Of a DNA stretch of 64,000 bases, positions 18,281 through 28,743 are shown piece after piece. The stretch is from a virus (Duplodnaviria; Caudoviricetes). Made by a program: the position numbers and the translations under genes. Each line of letters starts with the position of its first letter. Positions within the stretch are counted from its first letter, which is position 1. The notes beneath the pieces are model-generated. The model was not told the DNA's origin, did no database searches, and saw only the letters and a program-made list of their open reading frames with translations. The stretch is taken from IMG/VR virus record IMGVR_UViG_3300023172_000022, positions 12,302 through 76,301 of that record. One strand, given 5' to 3'.

Positions 18281-20332
18281 TTACAACTTCATACTTCTGT
18301 TGATGCCATTTCTATCGATAAATGGGCCTATAACGCTATTTAGTCCTGTAATTTCACCCAATATTGTTACTGGTCTTAAATGATAATAAGTTAAAGTTCC
18401 TCCATGTAATCTTATAACCCCCTTAGATATTCCACCACCAACTAAACTATCGTCAGAACCTATTCCTTGTTCACCAAGATTATCCTCTCCAACATTTCCT
18501 ATAATAGACTCTTCTTCTCTGTCATCTTGACCGACATTGGGTGTTACTGTGTCATCTGTGGTGTCGTCTTGTCCCACATTAGGAGTTACAGTGTCATCTG
18601 TAGTATCATCTTGGCCTAAGTTTGTTGTAATGGCATCATCTGTGGTGTCGTCTTGTCCCACATTAGGAGTTACAGTGTCATCTGTAGTATCATCTTGGCC
18701 TAAGTTTGTTGTAATGGCATCATCTGTGGTGTCGTCTTGTCCCACATTAGGAGTTACAGTGTCATCTGTAGTATCATCTTGGCCTACTGATGGTGTCGCC
18801 ACTTCGTCAGTTGCATCTTCTTCATTAATTGTAGTAGAGATTGTAGAATCTATTAAGTCACTAGAGTCTAAATTTGGTGTTAAGACAACATCTTCTAGTT
18901 CGTCAGTACTAATATTTGGTAATGTAGTTGCAAACTCTCTAACTAGTCTTTCTAAAACTTCGATTGACTCGTCTGTCGTAAGTCTATTTAATTCTTCTAT
19001 AATATCAGGTGTTATAAGATCAAGTTGTTTTAATTCATTTATTAAATCTTCTTCAGTAAGATTTTTTTCTCTCAATTCTTCTACTAAAACTTCAGCAACA
19101 ATTGTTTTTTCTAACAACTCTTCGTCTTGTTTTAAAAACTCTAAAACCTGTTTTTGTAGTTCTTCTCTTAGAGAATCTTCTGTTTTTATTAGTTCTTGAC
19201 CGACAAGTTCCTCTACAAATTCTCCTATATTTGTATCTAATAAAAATTCTCTAACTGTAAGTTCGTTTAAATTTATTTCATTAATATTAGATTTTTCTAA
19301 TTCTTCAAAGAAGAATTGTCCAAAAGTCTGTTCAACTAATGTTAATTCTTCTTTTTCTAAATTGCCCAACTCTACAATGTCGGTTTCTTCTGTGACAAGT
19401 TTTTCTATGATAGAAAGAACTTCCCTATCAATAAATGAATCTAAAACATTTACTGCTGCCTTTTCTAATTCTTCTATAAAAATACTTTGTTTAGTTTCTA
19501 TTATATCTGCTATTTCGTTTATTGCAGTTTCTTTGAATTCAGATACAATATTATCTATAATTTGTTCTGGTAAATCTTTTACAAAATCTCTTAAAACATC
19601 ATCCGATAAGATTGCAGTTTTTATTTCTTCTTCTACTAAAGAAGTTTCTATTATCTCAGCGAGAGCCTCTGTGCTTATAAGTTCTGTAAGTTCTGTGACT
19701 CTTGTTTGATTATCAAATAAATCTGAAATATCTCTAGTGCTTATAAGATCAGACTCAGATTCTGCAACAACGGCCTTTACCGACTGTGTTATAGACTCTA
19801 TCAAACTTGTTTTTATTTTTGCAGCGACATCAGCTATTGTTTCTGTGCTGGGTAATGTATCTGCAACTTCAGTTTCTGGTGCGGGTTCTTGTGATAATTG
19901 AGAATCTGCGACTTGATCTTCTGGCACTTCAACCTGAACTATGACAACGGGCAAAGTTTCTCTTACCTGTTCGTAACTTTCTGAATCGGATGATAATGTA
20001 GAAGATACTTCTGTGGGCAAACTTGCAGTATTAAATAAAGAAACGTGCCATTCCATTGCAATTGCGCCGGCGACAGTATAGTTATAAACTGAAGTTTGAT
20101 CGATTGTTGGATTTGTTACTTTTAGTTGAATAGTGTCACCATTATTAAATGATGCAGAATTTCCAACATCAATCCCATTTTTAATAATGGTTCCAGTGTT
20201 AAAAGTAACATTAACTGGTTGTGAACTTAAATCTGTAACAGTTACTATTTCTGAAAAGAGCTCACTTGGACTCGTGAGTCCAGAGCTCATTTCAACATAG
20301 TCTGGTATAAAGAAACTGTCTATGAGTGCCAT
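18281..20332 (-). CDS. Highly acidic putative virion protein (683 aa) with an N-terminal Ig-like module and Asp/Thr-rich repeats
   Basis: N-terminal SEIVTV...IKNG...NNGDTIQLKVT motif, Glu-rich helical middle and TPNVGQDDTTDDTV repeats. Confidence 0.6.
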   Translation of the reverse strand: MALIDSFFIPDYVEMSSGLTSPSELFSEIVTVTDLSSQPVNVTFNTGTIIKNGIDVGNSASFNNGDTIQLKVTNPTIDQTSVYNYTVAGAIAMEWHVSLFNTASLPTEVSSTLSSDSESYEQVRETLPVVIVQVEVPEDQVADSQLSQEPAPETEVADTLPSTETIADVAAKIKTSLIESITQSVKAVVAESESDLISTRDISDLFDNQTRVTELTELISTEALAEIIETSLVEEEIKTAILSDDVLRDFVKDLPEQIIDNIVSEFKETAINEIADIIETKQSIFIEELEKAAVNVLDSFIDREVLSIIEKLVTEETDIVELGNLEKEELTLVEQTFGQFFFEELEKSNINEINLNELTVREFLLDTNIGEFVEELVGQELIKTEDSLREELQKQVLEFLKQDEELLEKTIVAEVLVEELREKNLTEEDLINELKQLDLITPDIIEELNRLTTDESIEVLERLVREFATTLPNISTDELEDVVLTPNLDSSDLIDSTISTTINEEDATDEVATPSVGQDDTTDDTVTPNVGQDDTTDDAITTNLGQDDTTDDTVTPNVGQDDTTDDAITTNLGQDDTTDDTVTPNVGQDDTTDDTVTPNVGQDDREEESIIGNVGEDNLGEQGIGSDDSLVGGGISKGVIRLHGGTLTYYHLRPVTILGEITGLNSVIGPFIDRNGINRSMKL
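18517..18810. repeat. 42-nt tandem repeat (about 7 units) with 84-nt higher-order period
   Basis: Identical blocks begin at 18553, 18637 and 18721. Confidence 0.9.
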
Positions 20333-20359
20333 GCAAACCCCCTCATATTATTTATTATT

Positions 20360-20387
20360 AAAAAAGGGAACCGAAGTTCCCTTTTTT
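20360..20387 (-). terminator. Rho-independent terminator with C(UUCG)G tetraloop
   Basis: AAAAAAGGGAAC-TTCG-GTTCCCTTTTTT on the minus strand; the UUCG loop is typical of T4-like phages. Confidence 0.9.
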
Positions 20388-20401
20388 ATTTTACGCCTCT
20401 A

Positions 20402-23400
20402 TTAAGAAACGTCTGGGGGAATGAAATCACTGTATTCTGGTCTGATAGAACCACCTCTTACTAAAAGCATAATTCTCATCCCATTACCATATGGTAGCGT
20501 TGAATGCATACCAAGATAGGTTCTTTCAGAAGAAGTTGTTGCAGAATTTGTTCCGGTGTGCCAAGTATATGGAAAACGGAAATTCAATTCTTCAGAACTA
20601 TTGGTTCCTGTGCCGGCTGTGTCTCCAGTTACCGAAGAGCTCTGCACACTATCCAAATCATACTTTGCGTTGTTGGCACCAACATTAACAAAACCTCCCA
20701 TAGTACTTGCATCTGCTGATGTATAACAAATCAAATCCATTTCATCTTCTGGGTAGATATATCTCTGACTTGTCATTGGGGTTGGAAAGAAAGTAACCAA
20801 AGTTTTTCTATCTGTTAGTGCAAGTTGTTCGTATGGATTAATAATAGCAGGACTATCCACTTGTGGAATAATAGCCGACACATGTTTGTCCCAAGGTTTT
20901 AATACATCTTGTTCCCTGATACAGAATCTATAAATCGCTTTAGACTCGTTGTGTGGATTCATCCAAGATGCCGGAATATCTGGGTCCGATGGCAATTCAA
21001 TCAGATATTGAGATGTTGCATTAGGATCAATGGCATAATTCTCATATGCAATAGTTACTACTTGAGAATTTGCAATTTCATCTCTAACGTATAGATGATC
21101 CGTTTGCAACATATATGCATAAACATTTTGTTCGTTTCCAAAAACGGGTATTTGAGTAAACTGTGGAACACCATCAGAATCTACAATATATTCTTCAGGA
21201 GCAACCGCAGCGTTTATTTCAACATTACTGACATATACACTCAACAAACTCGTATTTTCAAGAGGACCCGTCCCATCACCACTTCTGCCAACTGGATTGA
21301 TATATCTATTTTGATATCCCGCACCTTTCCATCTATAATTAACTAAAACTTTTGGTTTTTGTCTGGCGATGGTGCCGCCAGACGTGTTGAGCGGATCATA
21401 AGACCAATCTGTATCTGTGTCATTAATTTCGTGAATAACTAATTGTCTTAACGAATTATTAACTGGATTTTCTACAGGATGCAAAAACTTAATGCCAAAT
21501 CTTTTTACTGGATAGGTTTCACCCCTAAATGTATTTGTAAAATTATCAATTGCTTGTACTTCTAATTCCCAATGCACACCCCTTTCCAATTCAACATAGT
21601 CTTGGAATTTATATTCGGAGTGCCATCTTGCCAAATAAATAGATTCAATTTCCAACCCTTGGCCCGCTGGTCCCAATCCCCATTGATATGCAGTATTAAA
21701 ATTAACTAGTTCTGTATAATCTACCCCAAGATATGCAATATCGGGTGCTTGGGAGGAGATCGTCGGATCCTTGGTAGTAGCAATAGTAGGAAAATCTGAC
21801 ACATGAGCTGCCGTAATATAATCTGTGCCAACGGTAAATCCGGGCGAAGTAAGAGAACCAACCTCCGATAAATTGGTATTTGCAACCAAATAATTGTTAA
21901 AGTTTCCAAAAGTTGTGCCAGTTGTAGTTGCAAATATTCTATCTTTATCTGTTATAATACTTGAAACTACTCTATCGGTAGATTTTAACTGTCTACCATC
22001 AATATCATAAATATCACCTAATTGATCATATTGTAGGTTAACTTGACCGGTAATTGAATTTACAGTTTTACTCCAATTTTGATACAATGCAATATTGGTA
22101 TTAGAGGCCTCGACAGCTCTTTTACTTGGCGAATAAACGCAGTGTATAGGAGATTTTCCTTCTTCCAATTCTATTTTACCAGATGTATTATTTACATGTC
22201 TTTGTATTACAAACCATGCATAGTCATCATCTTGATCTACAGATGCATGATCCCACATAAACAAACCAAGACCGTGGTCTGTGACAGTAAGTCTATATTT
22301 TACAGGATATGTTGGAGTAATTAGAGGGTCATCTTTGCCTGCACGTCTGAACCAACCAGAGCGAGACTTTCTAAAGCCATCACTACTATCATAAAAAATA
22401 TCACATAACTCGCCAGGCCGTCTAAAAGTTGGTCCTTTGATACCATCACGACCTTGTGTACTACTTAAAGTTCCATTATCTGAAATTTGATATTTTGTGC
22501 CAGCAAAAACATTAATTTCATCTTTTTGTTCATTATATTCAAACATCAATCTCCATTTTTGTGGAGCTCTACCCTCCAACCAAGCAGAAGATGCAACCAG
22601 ATCTGTTGGAACTGTAATTCCTGAAGGTATAATATCTTTTTTTGAAGAAAGAATATCAACACCTTTTTCGGATTCTACAATAAATCTCGATCCAATTCTA
22701 CGAATACAATTCATTACATCAGACTGATTTTGTTGACCATTTTCATCAATTACTGGATAAGAATTTGCGTCTGGACTTGAATATGGATAAATGATATTGA
22801 ACGATTGTTGTTCTATTTCTTCTTCTGGAATAGACATTCTCCAACTATTTGCGGCATAACGAACTCCAGAAATCATATCTGGTTCTAAATTATTTTCATC
22901 TTGTGTAAATGGTGTTAAAATTGTCCCGAATGCAATTGTACCATCGTTAGAAATAGATTCAATACGAACTTCACCTCTGCCATATTCTTGGATGATTCTT
23001 TTCTGCAAATCATCAGACGAGAAAACTGCATCAGTACCTGTTATTTTAACATTCACTGATGAGTTGGTTTGATTTGACGCATACGAAACTACGATTGTTC
23101 CGTTTTTCATTTTTGAATCAGACCAATCATATGTGTAATGATTTGCATAAGGATGTAAAGTTAAATCCATTGCTAATTGTTTTAAAACGCCATCTTCATA
23201 ATTACTATAATACTGTGTTTTGGTAAAATAATCTAATATAAGTCGATCATTTGGATTTGGAATCGAAGCATTATTCAATGTAATTGAACCATATGGCGCT
23301 ACTGACGGAACAATTATAATAATGTTATCAGTTCCTGTAGATGGAGTATTATAAAATGTTATGTTTTGGCCATTTACCAAATAGTCATTATTGATTTGTA

Positions 23401-23989
23401 ATAAACTACCATCTACATAAATTTCTAAATCTCTAGGATCAGATATAGTCGAAACTACAGTAAATATAGTTGTTCCGAGTTTTCTAACATTTATTGTTGA
23501 ACCTACTGATGGAGCTGTATTAAATGTAATTTCATTATTACTAACACCACCAATTGTATAATCTGTGCCATGAGTTTGCAAAGAACCATCAATAGAAACT
23601 TGGTCGGTTGTTGATGGAGTAAAATTCGTCACCGTAAAATTAGTTATGGTTCCATCACCAGAAAAAGCTTGCGTCAGATCACCAACACCATCAAAAGACT
23701 CTCTGACAGCAGGAGATGGAGGCGTGTAATAAAACTGCCCTCCATTACTAAAACTATTGTCTCCTTCTAAATTATCTAGTAACAATATCTGACCTGTCTG
23801 ATCGATCTTTGCTCGAATTACCAAAGTATTTGTTAATTCCGTATCTACATGTCTAGAAAGTGAATATGATGTTGTAGAACCATCACTTACAAAGTATTCT
23901 CTAAACATGGGTTGTTGCATAGAAATGAGTTCTATTCTAGATATGGAAAACCCACTGCTTTTGTATTTTGAGTCTAAACTATTAGCCAT
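20402..23989 (-). CDS. Large virion structural protein, split-core paralog family member C (1195 aa)
   Basis: Shared core motifs plus nested F.GDG...FT...DG....DY...ITF..AP Ig-like modules. Confidence 0.65.
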   Translation of the reverse strand: MANSLDSKYKSSGFSISRIELISMQQPMFREYFVSDGSTTSYSLSRHVDTELTNTLVIRAKIDQTGQILLLDNLEGDNSFSNGGQFYYTPPSPAVRESFDGVGDLTQAFSGDGTITNFTVTNFTPSTTDQVSIDGSLQTHGTDYTIGGVSNNEITFNTAPSVGSTINVRKLGTTIFTVVSTISDPRDLEIYVDGSLLQINNDYLVNGQNITFYNTPSTGTDNIIIIVPSVAPYGSITLNNASIPNPNDRLILDYFTKTQYYSNYEDGVLKQLAMDLTLHPYANHYTYDWSDSKMKNGTIVVSYASNQTNSSVNVKITGTDAVFSSDDLQKRIIQEYGRGEVRIESISNDGTIAFGTILTPFTQDENNLEPDMISGVRYAANSWRMSIPEEEIEQQSFNIIYPYSSPDANSYPVIDENGQQNQSDVMNCIRRIGSRFIVESEKGVDILSSKKDIIPSGITVPTDLVASSAWLEGRAPQKWRLMFEYNEQKDEINVFAGTKYQISDNGTLSSTQGRDGIKGPTFRRPGELCDIFYDSSDGFRKSRSGWFRRAGKDDPLITPTYPVKYRLTVTDHGLGLFMWDHASVDQDDDYAWFVIQRHVNNTSGKIELEEGKSPIHCVYSPSKRAVEASNTNIALYQNWSKTVNSITGQVNLQYDQLGDIYDIDGRQLKSTDRVVSSIITDKDRIFATTTGTTFGNFNNYLVANTNLSEVGSLTSPGFTVGTDYITAAHVSDFPTIATTKDPTISSQAPDIAYLGVDYTELVNFNTAYQWGLGPAGQGLEIESIYLARWHSEYKFQDYVELERGVHWELEVQAIDNFTNTFRGETYPVKRFGIKFLHPVENPVNNSLRQLVIHEINDTDTDWSYDPLNTSGGTIARQKPKVLVNYRWKGAGYQNRYINPVGRSGDGTGPLENTSLLSVYVSNVEINAAVAPEEYIVDSDGVPQFTQIPVFGNEQNVYAYMLQTDHLYVRDEIANSQVVTIAYENYAIDPNATSQYLIELPSDPDIPASWMNPHNESKAIYRFCIREQDVLKPWDKHVSAIIPQVDSPAIINPYEQLALTDRKTLVTFFPTPMTSQRYIYPEDEMDLICYTSADASTMGGFVNVGANNAKYDLDSVQSSSVTGDTAGTGTNSSEELNFRFPYTWHTGTNSATTSSERTYLGMHSTLPYGNGMRIMLLVRGGSIRPEYSDFIPPDVS

Positions 23990-24023
23990 TTAATTTTGCC
24001 TTTATTCGTTTTAGTATTATTTA

Positions 24024-27000
24024 TTACGCAGGCGATGCACCTTCTACAACATCTGTCCATTTAATACTACTTCCAGAAACTTGTAAGAATACTCTCATAC
24101 CATTTCCATTTGGCATAGTACTCATCATACCCTCATATTTTCTCTTGTTTCTTTTCCAGAAATAAGTATCACCAGTTGGTCCAACATGGCCACCCCATTC
24201 AAAGTCATCTCCGGCATCATTTGGACTTGGGTCAATATCAATACCATCAATATTTAAGACATTTCCACTCAAACCATTAGAATCTTGATACTTGTCAATC
24301 TCAATAGAACCAGACTGAGTTGAGAAATCAGCAGAAGAAATACAAATCAAATCTAATTCACTTCTTGGATAATAGAATCTTTGTGATGTAAGTTGTGTTG
24401 GGAATGAGAATACAAAATCTCTATCCTGTGTAATTGACAACTGTTCTTGCGGATTAATAACCGCATGAGAATCAACTTCGTGCATTGTAGCGGAAACATG
24501 GTAATCCCAAGGTTTCAACACATCCTGTTCTCTTACAACAAATCTATTAATAGTTTTTTCCTTGTTTTGATTTCTTTCTGGGAAATCTCTATCAGCAGGA
24601 CTAGTAATATAATATGAGTTTCTAGCTGGATCACTATAAACATAGTTAATTAATTTTATAATTAATTCAGAACTATGTCTTGGAGCAGTTCTAAAGAATA
24701 ATGTTTGATTGAAGAAATCGTAAATATATCTTTGTCTGTCATCCCCACTTGAAAAGACTGGGTCTCCAGGCAGTTTACCTGTCAATACACTTGTTGCAGT
24801 AATAGTAGACTTTATTAAATGATTTCTTGCATCATGGTCAGCACTATCTGCCTCAAGAATTGTTCCCTCGTTGCCGTAATATTTTACAGCCAACCATCCA
24901 AGAACTTGATTTGTCGATTGTTGCCTATATGTATTCTGTGGATCTATGTATTTGAAAAACCTATCATACAATTCAACTGATAAATGCACACTATATGTGT
25001 CGTTTGTAGTATCATTTCTATATGTTTGTGTTGCACCAGAACCAGTACTAGGATCGAAATCAATACGATTTTCCAGACCAAGAATAATATTGACAATTTC
25101 TTGTGGAATAATAAGGTGTTCTACTTCTACAGGCGTATCTGGAGCTCCATCTACAGTTCTTAATTCAGTAACAGTTTCTGTAAATGCGGGAAGTCTAAAA
25201 TATCTACCAAGTTCATTAACTCCAGCAGCATCAAGAGACTGAATAAAGCGGCCGCAGGCCTGAGGATCGCCACTTCTTACCCACTCATCATATTGAAGTA
25301 TATATCCTTTAGTGTCTCTTTCAAGTTCCTCACCATCAACAGCAACAACCATTGATTCCATAACTTTTTCCATATTCTGAACATTTTCATTGTAAAGAAT
25401 ATCAAGTAATGCATATGATGGGTCACTCCATTCACCAAGTGATGCACCAGTTACTGAGTCATTAATCGCAGTATTATTTGCAGCAGCCGCTTGGAAAGAT
25501 GAAACTCTTTCAATTCTATTTGTAGGGAATACAACATTACCAGAATAATGTGGTGCAAGAGTTGCGTCAACCAACCAAATAGAACCGTCAGCAACTGCGT
25601 TGGAGTTGTTTTGCGCGCTTCCGCCAGGAGGAGTAACTTGTTGTCCGTCCCTTGGCAAAGTCTCAAATCCAACAATTTGAAGATCATTAACCTTTGATCT
25701 ATTTTCAACAAGTTGTCCAGAAGCAATCTTAACCGTTATAGTAGTAGTACTAGGGTCAATTGGTTGGCTTTGATTTATTCTTTGACTAATAGGATTTAAA
25801 GAACCTGTGCCGCCAAAAAATGTAATAAATTTTGCTTGTCTGTCTATAATATAATCTTCACCCGCAACCAATGTTAATGTGTTACCTGCGTTTGGGATGT
25901 CTTTATATGTGACCACAATTTCTCTATCACCTAAATCATAATTGTCTGTCCAAAAATCCCAAAGCGGAAATGAGCTAGGATCGGGAAATGCGGGATCATG
26001 CTGTCCGCCAAAATCTCCAATCACTTCTGGATTGCCATTAACTGGAACTAATTGGGTCAACAATGCAACATTCTGTTTAGATCTTAGAGCGTCAACACTA
26101 GAACTACCTGGCGCTGTTTCCCACGTAGCTAACGACCAGTAATCAGTTGTGTTAGTAGTGGCACCACCAATAATCCCTCTATCCAACTCCTGTTTAACAC
26201 CCTGATTAAGATTTTGAACATTTGTTGCACTCAAAAGACCTGCCGTATAACCATATCCTGTAAAATCTAATGCATTTGTATATCCATTAAATACTGGTGT
26301 TGCACCAGTTGCACTTATATACATTGTTGGACCTTCTGTTTCTAGCATTTGTCCCAATGATGTGTAAATATTTGGAGATTTTGTCAAATCATTTACATCA
26401 GACGAAGAATAATACTGATTTAGGTCAGAAATGTCTACTGGACGTTTGGCAGGAGAATACACGCAATGTACTGGAGACTTTTGTGTAAACTCTGGTTGTC
26501 CTGTTGTTTGATCAACGTGTCTTTGAACAACAAACCATGAGTAATCATCGTCTTGATCTACAGAAGCCTGATCCCAAAGAAACAATCCCATTCCATGATC
26601 GGTAACTGTTATTCTGTATGACATTGGATAAGTTCTAGAAATATTATCTTCAGTTTTTCCAGATCTTCTAAACCAGTGTGACTTTGCCTTTACCATTTCA
26701 TAACCAATTGTTCTACCAGTATTTGGTTCTAAGTATACATCACACAATTCTCCTGGCTCTCTATAAATTGGAGATTTAATACCATCTCTAGTTTGACCAG
26801 ATGATACAGACATATCATCTAACAATTGATATTCAGTTGCCACATTAACTTTAATTGACTGTAGTTTACGATCCCACTCAAATCTAATTCTCCATTTTTG
26901 TGGTCGTCTTTGACTTTGCACCTGATAATATTCTGGAATCAGATTATCATCAGATAATAGATCGACTCCTTTTGTAGACTCCACCAAAAACGAATCCGTG

Positions 27001-28679
27001 ATATCTCTAAGTGCTGCCTTAACAGCTGTTGGAGTATTTGAAACTGGTTTTGGATAAATTAAGTTAAATCCCGGCTGGAATTTTTCATTTTCTTCATAGA
27101 AGAGCATAAACGCATCACTATTTTTTACCTTAGTCAACTCCAAAAGTGCTGTATGAGATTCACTAGATGTAAATTGAAGGGTATAGTCTCCAGTAACCGT
27201 TGCAGCAACATCTAATTGTAATGTCGCAGTTGGCCAATAGCCAGGAACATTTGTGCCTGTTCCAGTATTTACATTACCACTAACAACGACTCCATCTGGG
27301 TCCAAAATAACAAATTGATCGTTGTGATTAATTGTGATTGCGCTACCAGTAACATTACTACTTACATCACCCTGCACAAAACCAAATTTAATAACCTCTC
27401 TTCTATCTCTTAAAGTTTCGGAGTAATATGTATTAATCTGATAATGGTTTGGATCGTTCAGATCAGTTGAACTTACATCAATTTCAATATACCCAGTATT
27501 ATCGGTTGTACCAAAGGGATTTGTCGTAGGATCGGATTTTGGTGGTTGATGGCGAATAACAGATACTGCTACGTCATCCAAAGTTGTTGCTTCAGATTTT
27601 AACGCATTTGTTAAATCATAATCTTCACTATCAAGAGCCTCTTGTATTGGTCCATATCCTAGTTTTCCGATCATAGCTCCATAAGGAACATCCAAAGAAT
27701 GTTTCCAAATATACGAAATTTCAACATCAACATCAGAACGATCTAACACCCATCCCCAAGTTTTGGCACTTTCTAAGAAAATTCTAAATCTACTTGTTCT
27801 ATTAACTCTGTCAGAAGAAACAGACCACGCAGAATCTGGAATCACTTTACCATCAACAGCGATTCTAAATTCTCCGTCACCTAAGTCATTGAGGGTTAAT
27901 GGAAAATTACCAATATATAAATCTGTTTCGTCTACACCAGTAGCTGGCGTAAATGAATGATTTTTAAATGTAAAACTAAATTCTTTTACACTTCTAAAAA
28001 TTTTAGAACCAATTCTTGCACTTTCCAATTGATCCGTAAATGCATAATCTTGTTCTACACCAAATTTATTATCTAGTCCATATACTGTAGTGTATTGATC
28101 AATTTCTGCTGGCAATATATTCGCTGCAGGAACAAACGCAGAATGATCTGTTTTAAGTACATAATTTGCCTTTTCGGGAATATTTCTAAAAACTTCTGGA
28201 GTTTCGAATGGATGCACTGTTAAGTCTTTTGCAAGTTGATATAAAAGTCCACCATCAGTTCCTGTCCAATTATCTTCTGATTCTTGATAACCAATAGTTA
28301 CTTTTTCACCAGAAACTGGCGCAGTTTGCGGTAAAAATTCCAAAGCTCCATGTTCGCCTATGTTAGTAATATATCGAACAACACCCAAACCAGCGTCCAA
28401 AGAGCCTTCGGTATAGGTATTTGCTTGCCAATTATTAAATTCTATCAATGGTGATTGTGTAGAATCTGCGAGCAAGTTGTTGCCGGTGTTTCTGTTCAGA
28501 GCGATTCTTATTTCTCCAATTTTAATTTCCCAAACCCAAGTTTTATCTTGAAAATCTGGTTTTGAGCGCAGAACATAAATCGTATTTGAACCAATAGCAG
28601 TATGTGTTTCCACATTCTGTCTATGAGGAATATCTATAATCTCTGTTCTTTGTATGCTATACCCACTTGAGAGCGCCAT
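24024..28679 (-). CDS. Large virion structural protein, split-core paralog family member B (1551 aa)
   Basis: Shared core; its N-terminal SGYSIQRTEII matches SGFSISRIELI of member C. Confidence 0.65.
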   Translation of the reverse strand: MALSSGYSIQRTEIIDIPHRQNVETHTAIGSNTIYVLRSKPDFQDKTWVWEIKIGEIRIALNRNTGNNLLADSTQSPLIEFNNWQANTYTEGSLDAGLGVVRYITNIGEHGALEFLPQTAPVSGEKVTIGYQESEDNWTGTDGGLLYQLAKDLTVHPFETPEVFRNIPEKANYVLKTDHSAFVPAANILPAEIDQYTTVYGLDNKFGVEQDYAFTDQLESARIGSKIFRSVKEFSFTFKNHSFTPATGVDETDLYIGNFPLTLNDLGDGEFRIAVDGKVIPDSAWSVSSDRVNRTSRFRIFLESAKTWGWVLDRSDVDVEISYIWKHSLDVPYGAMIGKLGYGPIQEALDSEDYDLTNALKSEATTLDDVAVSVIRHQPPKSDPTTNPFGTTDNTGYIEIDVSSTDLNDPNHYQINTYYSETLRDRREVIKFGFVQGDVSSNVTGSAITINHNDQFVILDPDGVVVSGNVNTGTGTNVPGYWPTATLQLDVAATVTGDYTLQFTSSESHTALLELTKVKNSDAFMLFYEENEKFQPGFNLIYPKPVSNTPTAVKAALRDITDSFLVESTKGVDLLSDDNLIPEYYQVQSQRRPQKWRIRFEWDRKLQSIKVNVATEYQLLDDMSVSSGQTRDGIKSPIYREPGELCDVYLEPNTGRTIGYEMVKAKSHWFRRSGKTEDNISRTYPMSYRITVTDHGMGLFLWDQASVDQDDDYSWFVVQRHVDQTTGQPEFTQKSPVHCVYSPAKRPVDISDLNQYYSSSDVNDLTKSPNIYTSLGQMLETEGPTMYISATGATPVFNGYTNALDFTGYGYTAGLLSATNVQNLNQGVKQELDRGIIGGATTNTTDYWSLATWETAPGSSSVDALRSKQNVALLTQLVPVNGNPEVIGDFGGQHDPAFPDPSSFPLWDFWTDNYDLGDREIVVTYKDIPNAGNTLTLVAGEDYIIDRQAKFITFFGGTGSLNPISQRINQSQPIDPSTTTITVKIASGQLVENRSKVNDLQIVGFETLPRDGQQVTPPGGSAQNNSNAVADGSIWLVDATLAPHYSGNVVFPTNRIERVSSFQAAAANNTAINDSVTGASLGEWSDPSYALLDILYNENVQNMEKVMESMVVAVDGEELERDTKGYILQYDEWVRSGDPQACGRFIQSLDAAGVNELGRYFRLPAFTETVTELRTVDGAPDTPVEVEHLIIPQEIVNIILGLENRIDFDPSTGSGATQTYRNDTTNDTYSVHLSVELYDRFFKYIDPQNTYRQQSTNQVLGWLAVKYYGNEGTILEADSADHDARNHLIKSTITATSVLTGKLPGDPVFSSGDDRQRYIYDFFNQTLFFRTAPRHSSELIIKLINYVYSDPARNSYYITSPADRDFPERNQNKEKTINRFVVREQDVLKPWDYHVSATMHEVDSHAVINPQEQLSITQDRDFVFSFPTQLTSQRFYYPRSELDLICISSADFSTQSGSIEIDKYQDSNGLSGNVLNIDGIDIDPSPNDAGDDFEWGGHVGPTGDTYFWKRNKRKYEGMMSTMPNGNGMRVFLQVSGSSIKWTDVVEGASPA

Positions 28680-28716
28680 TATTTTCTCCTCTAAGCCTTT
28701 TTTAGTTACTTAATTC

Positions 28717-28724
28717 TATTTATA
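28717..28724 (-). promoter_or_regulatory. T4-type late promoter TATAAATA
   Basis: Exact intergenic consensus upstream of a GAGGAG RBS. Confidence 0.8.
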
Positions 28725-28743
28725 AAAAAACAATACACATTAT

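Noticed and set aside
18537-19199. 220-aa plus-strand ORF with repeats
   Set aside because: Antisense shadow of the 42-nt repeats and acidic codons of the 683-aa gene.
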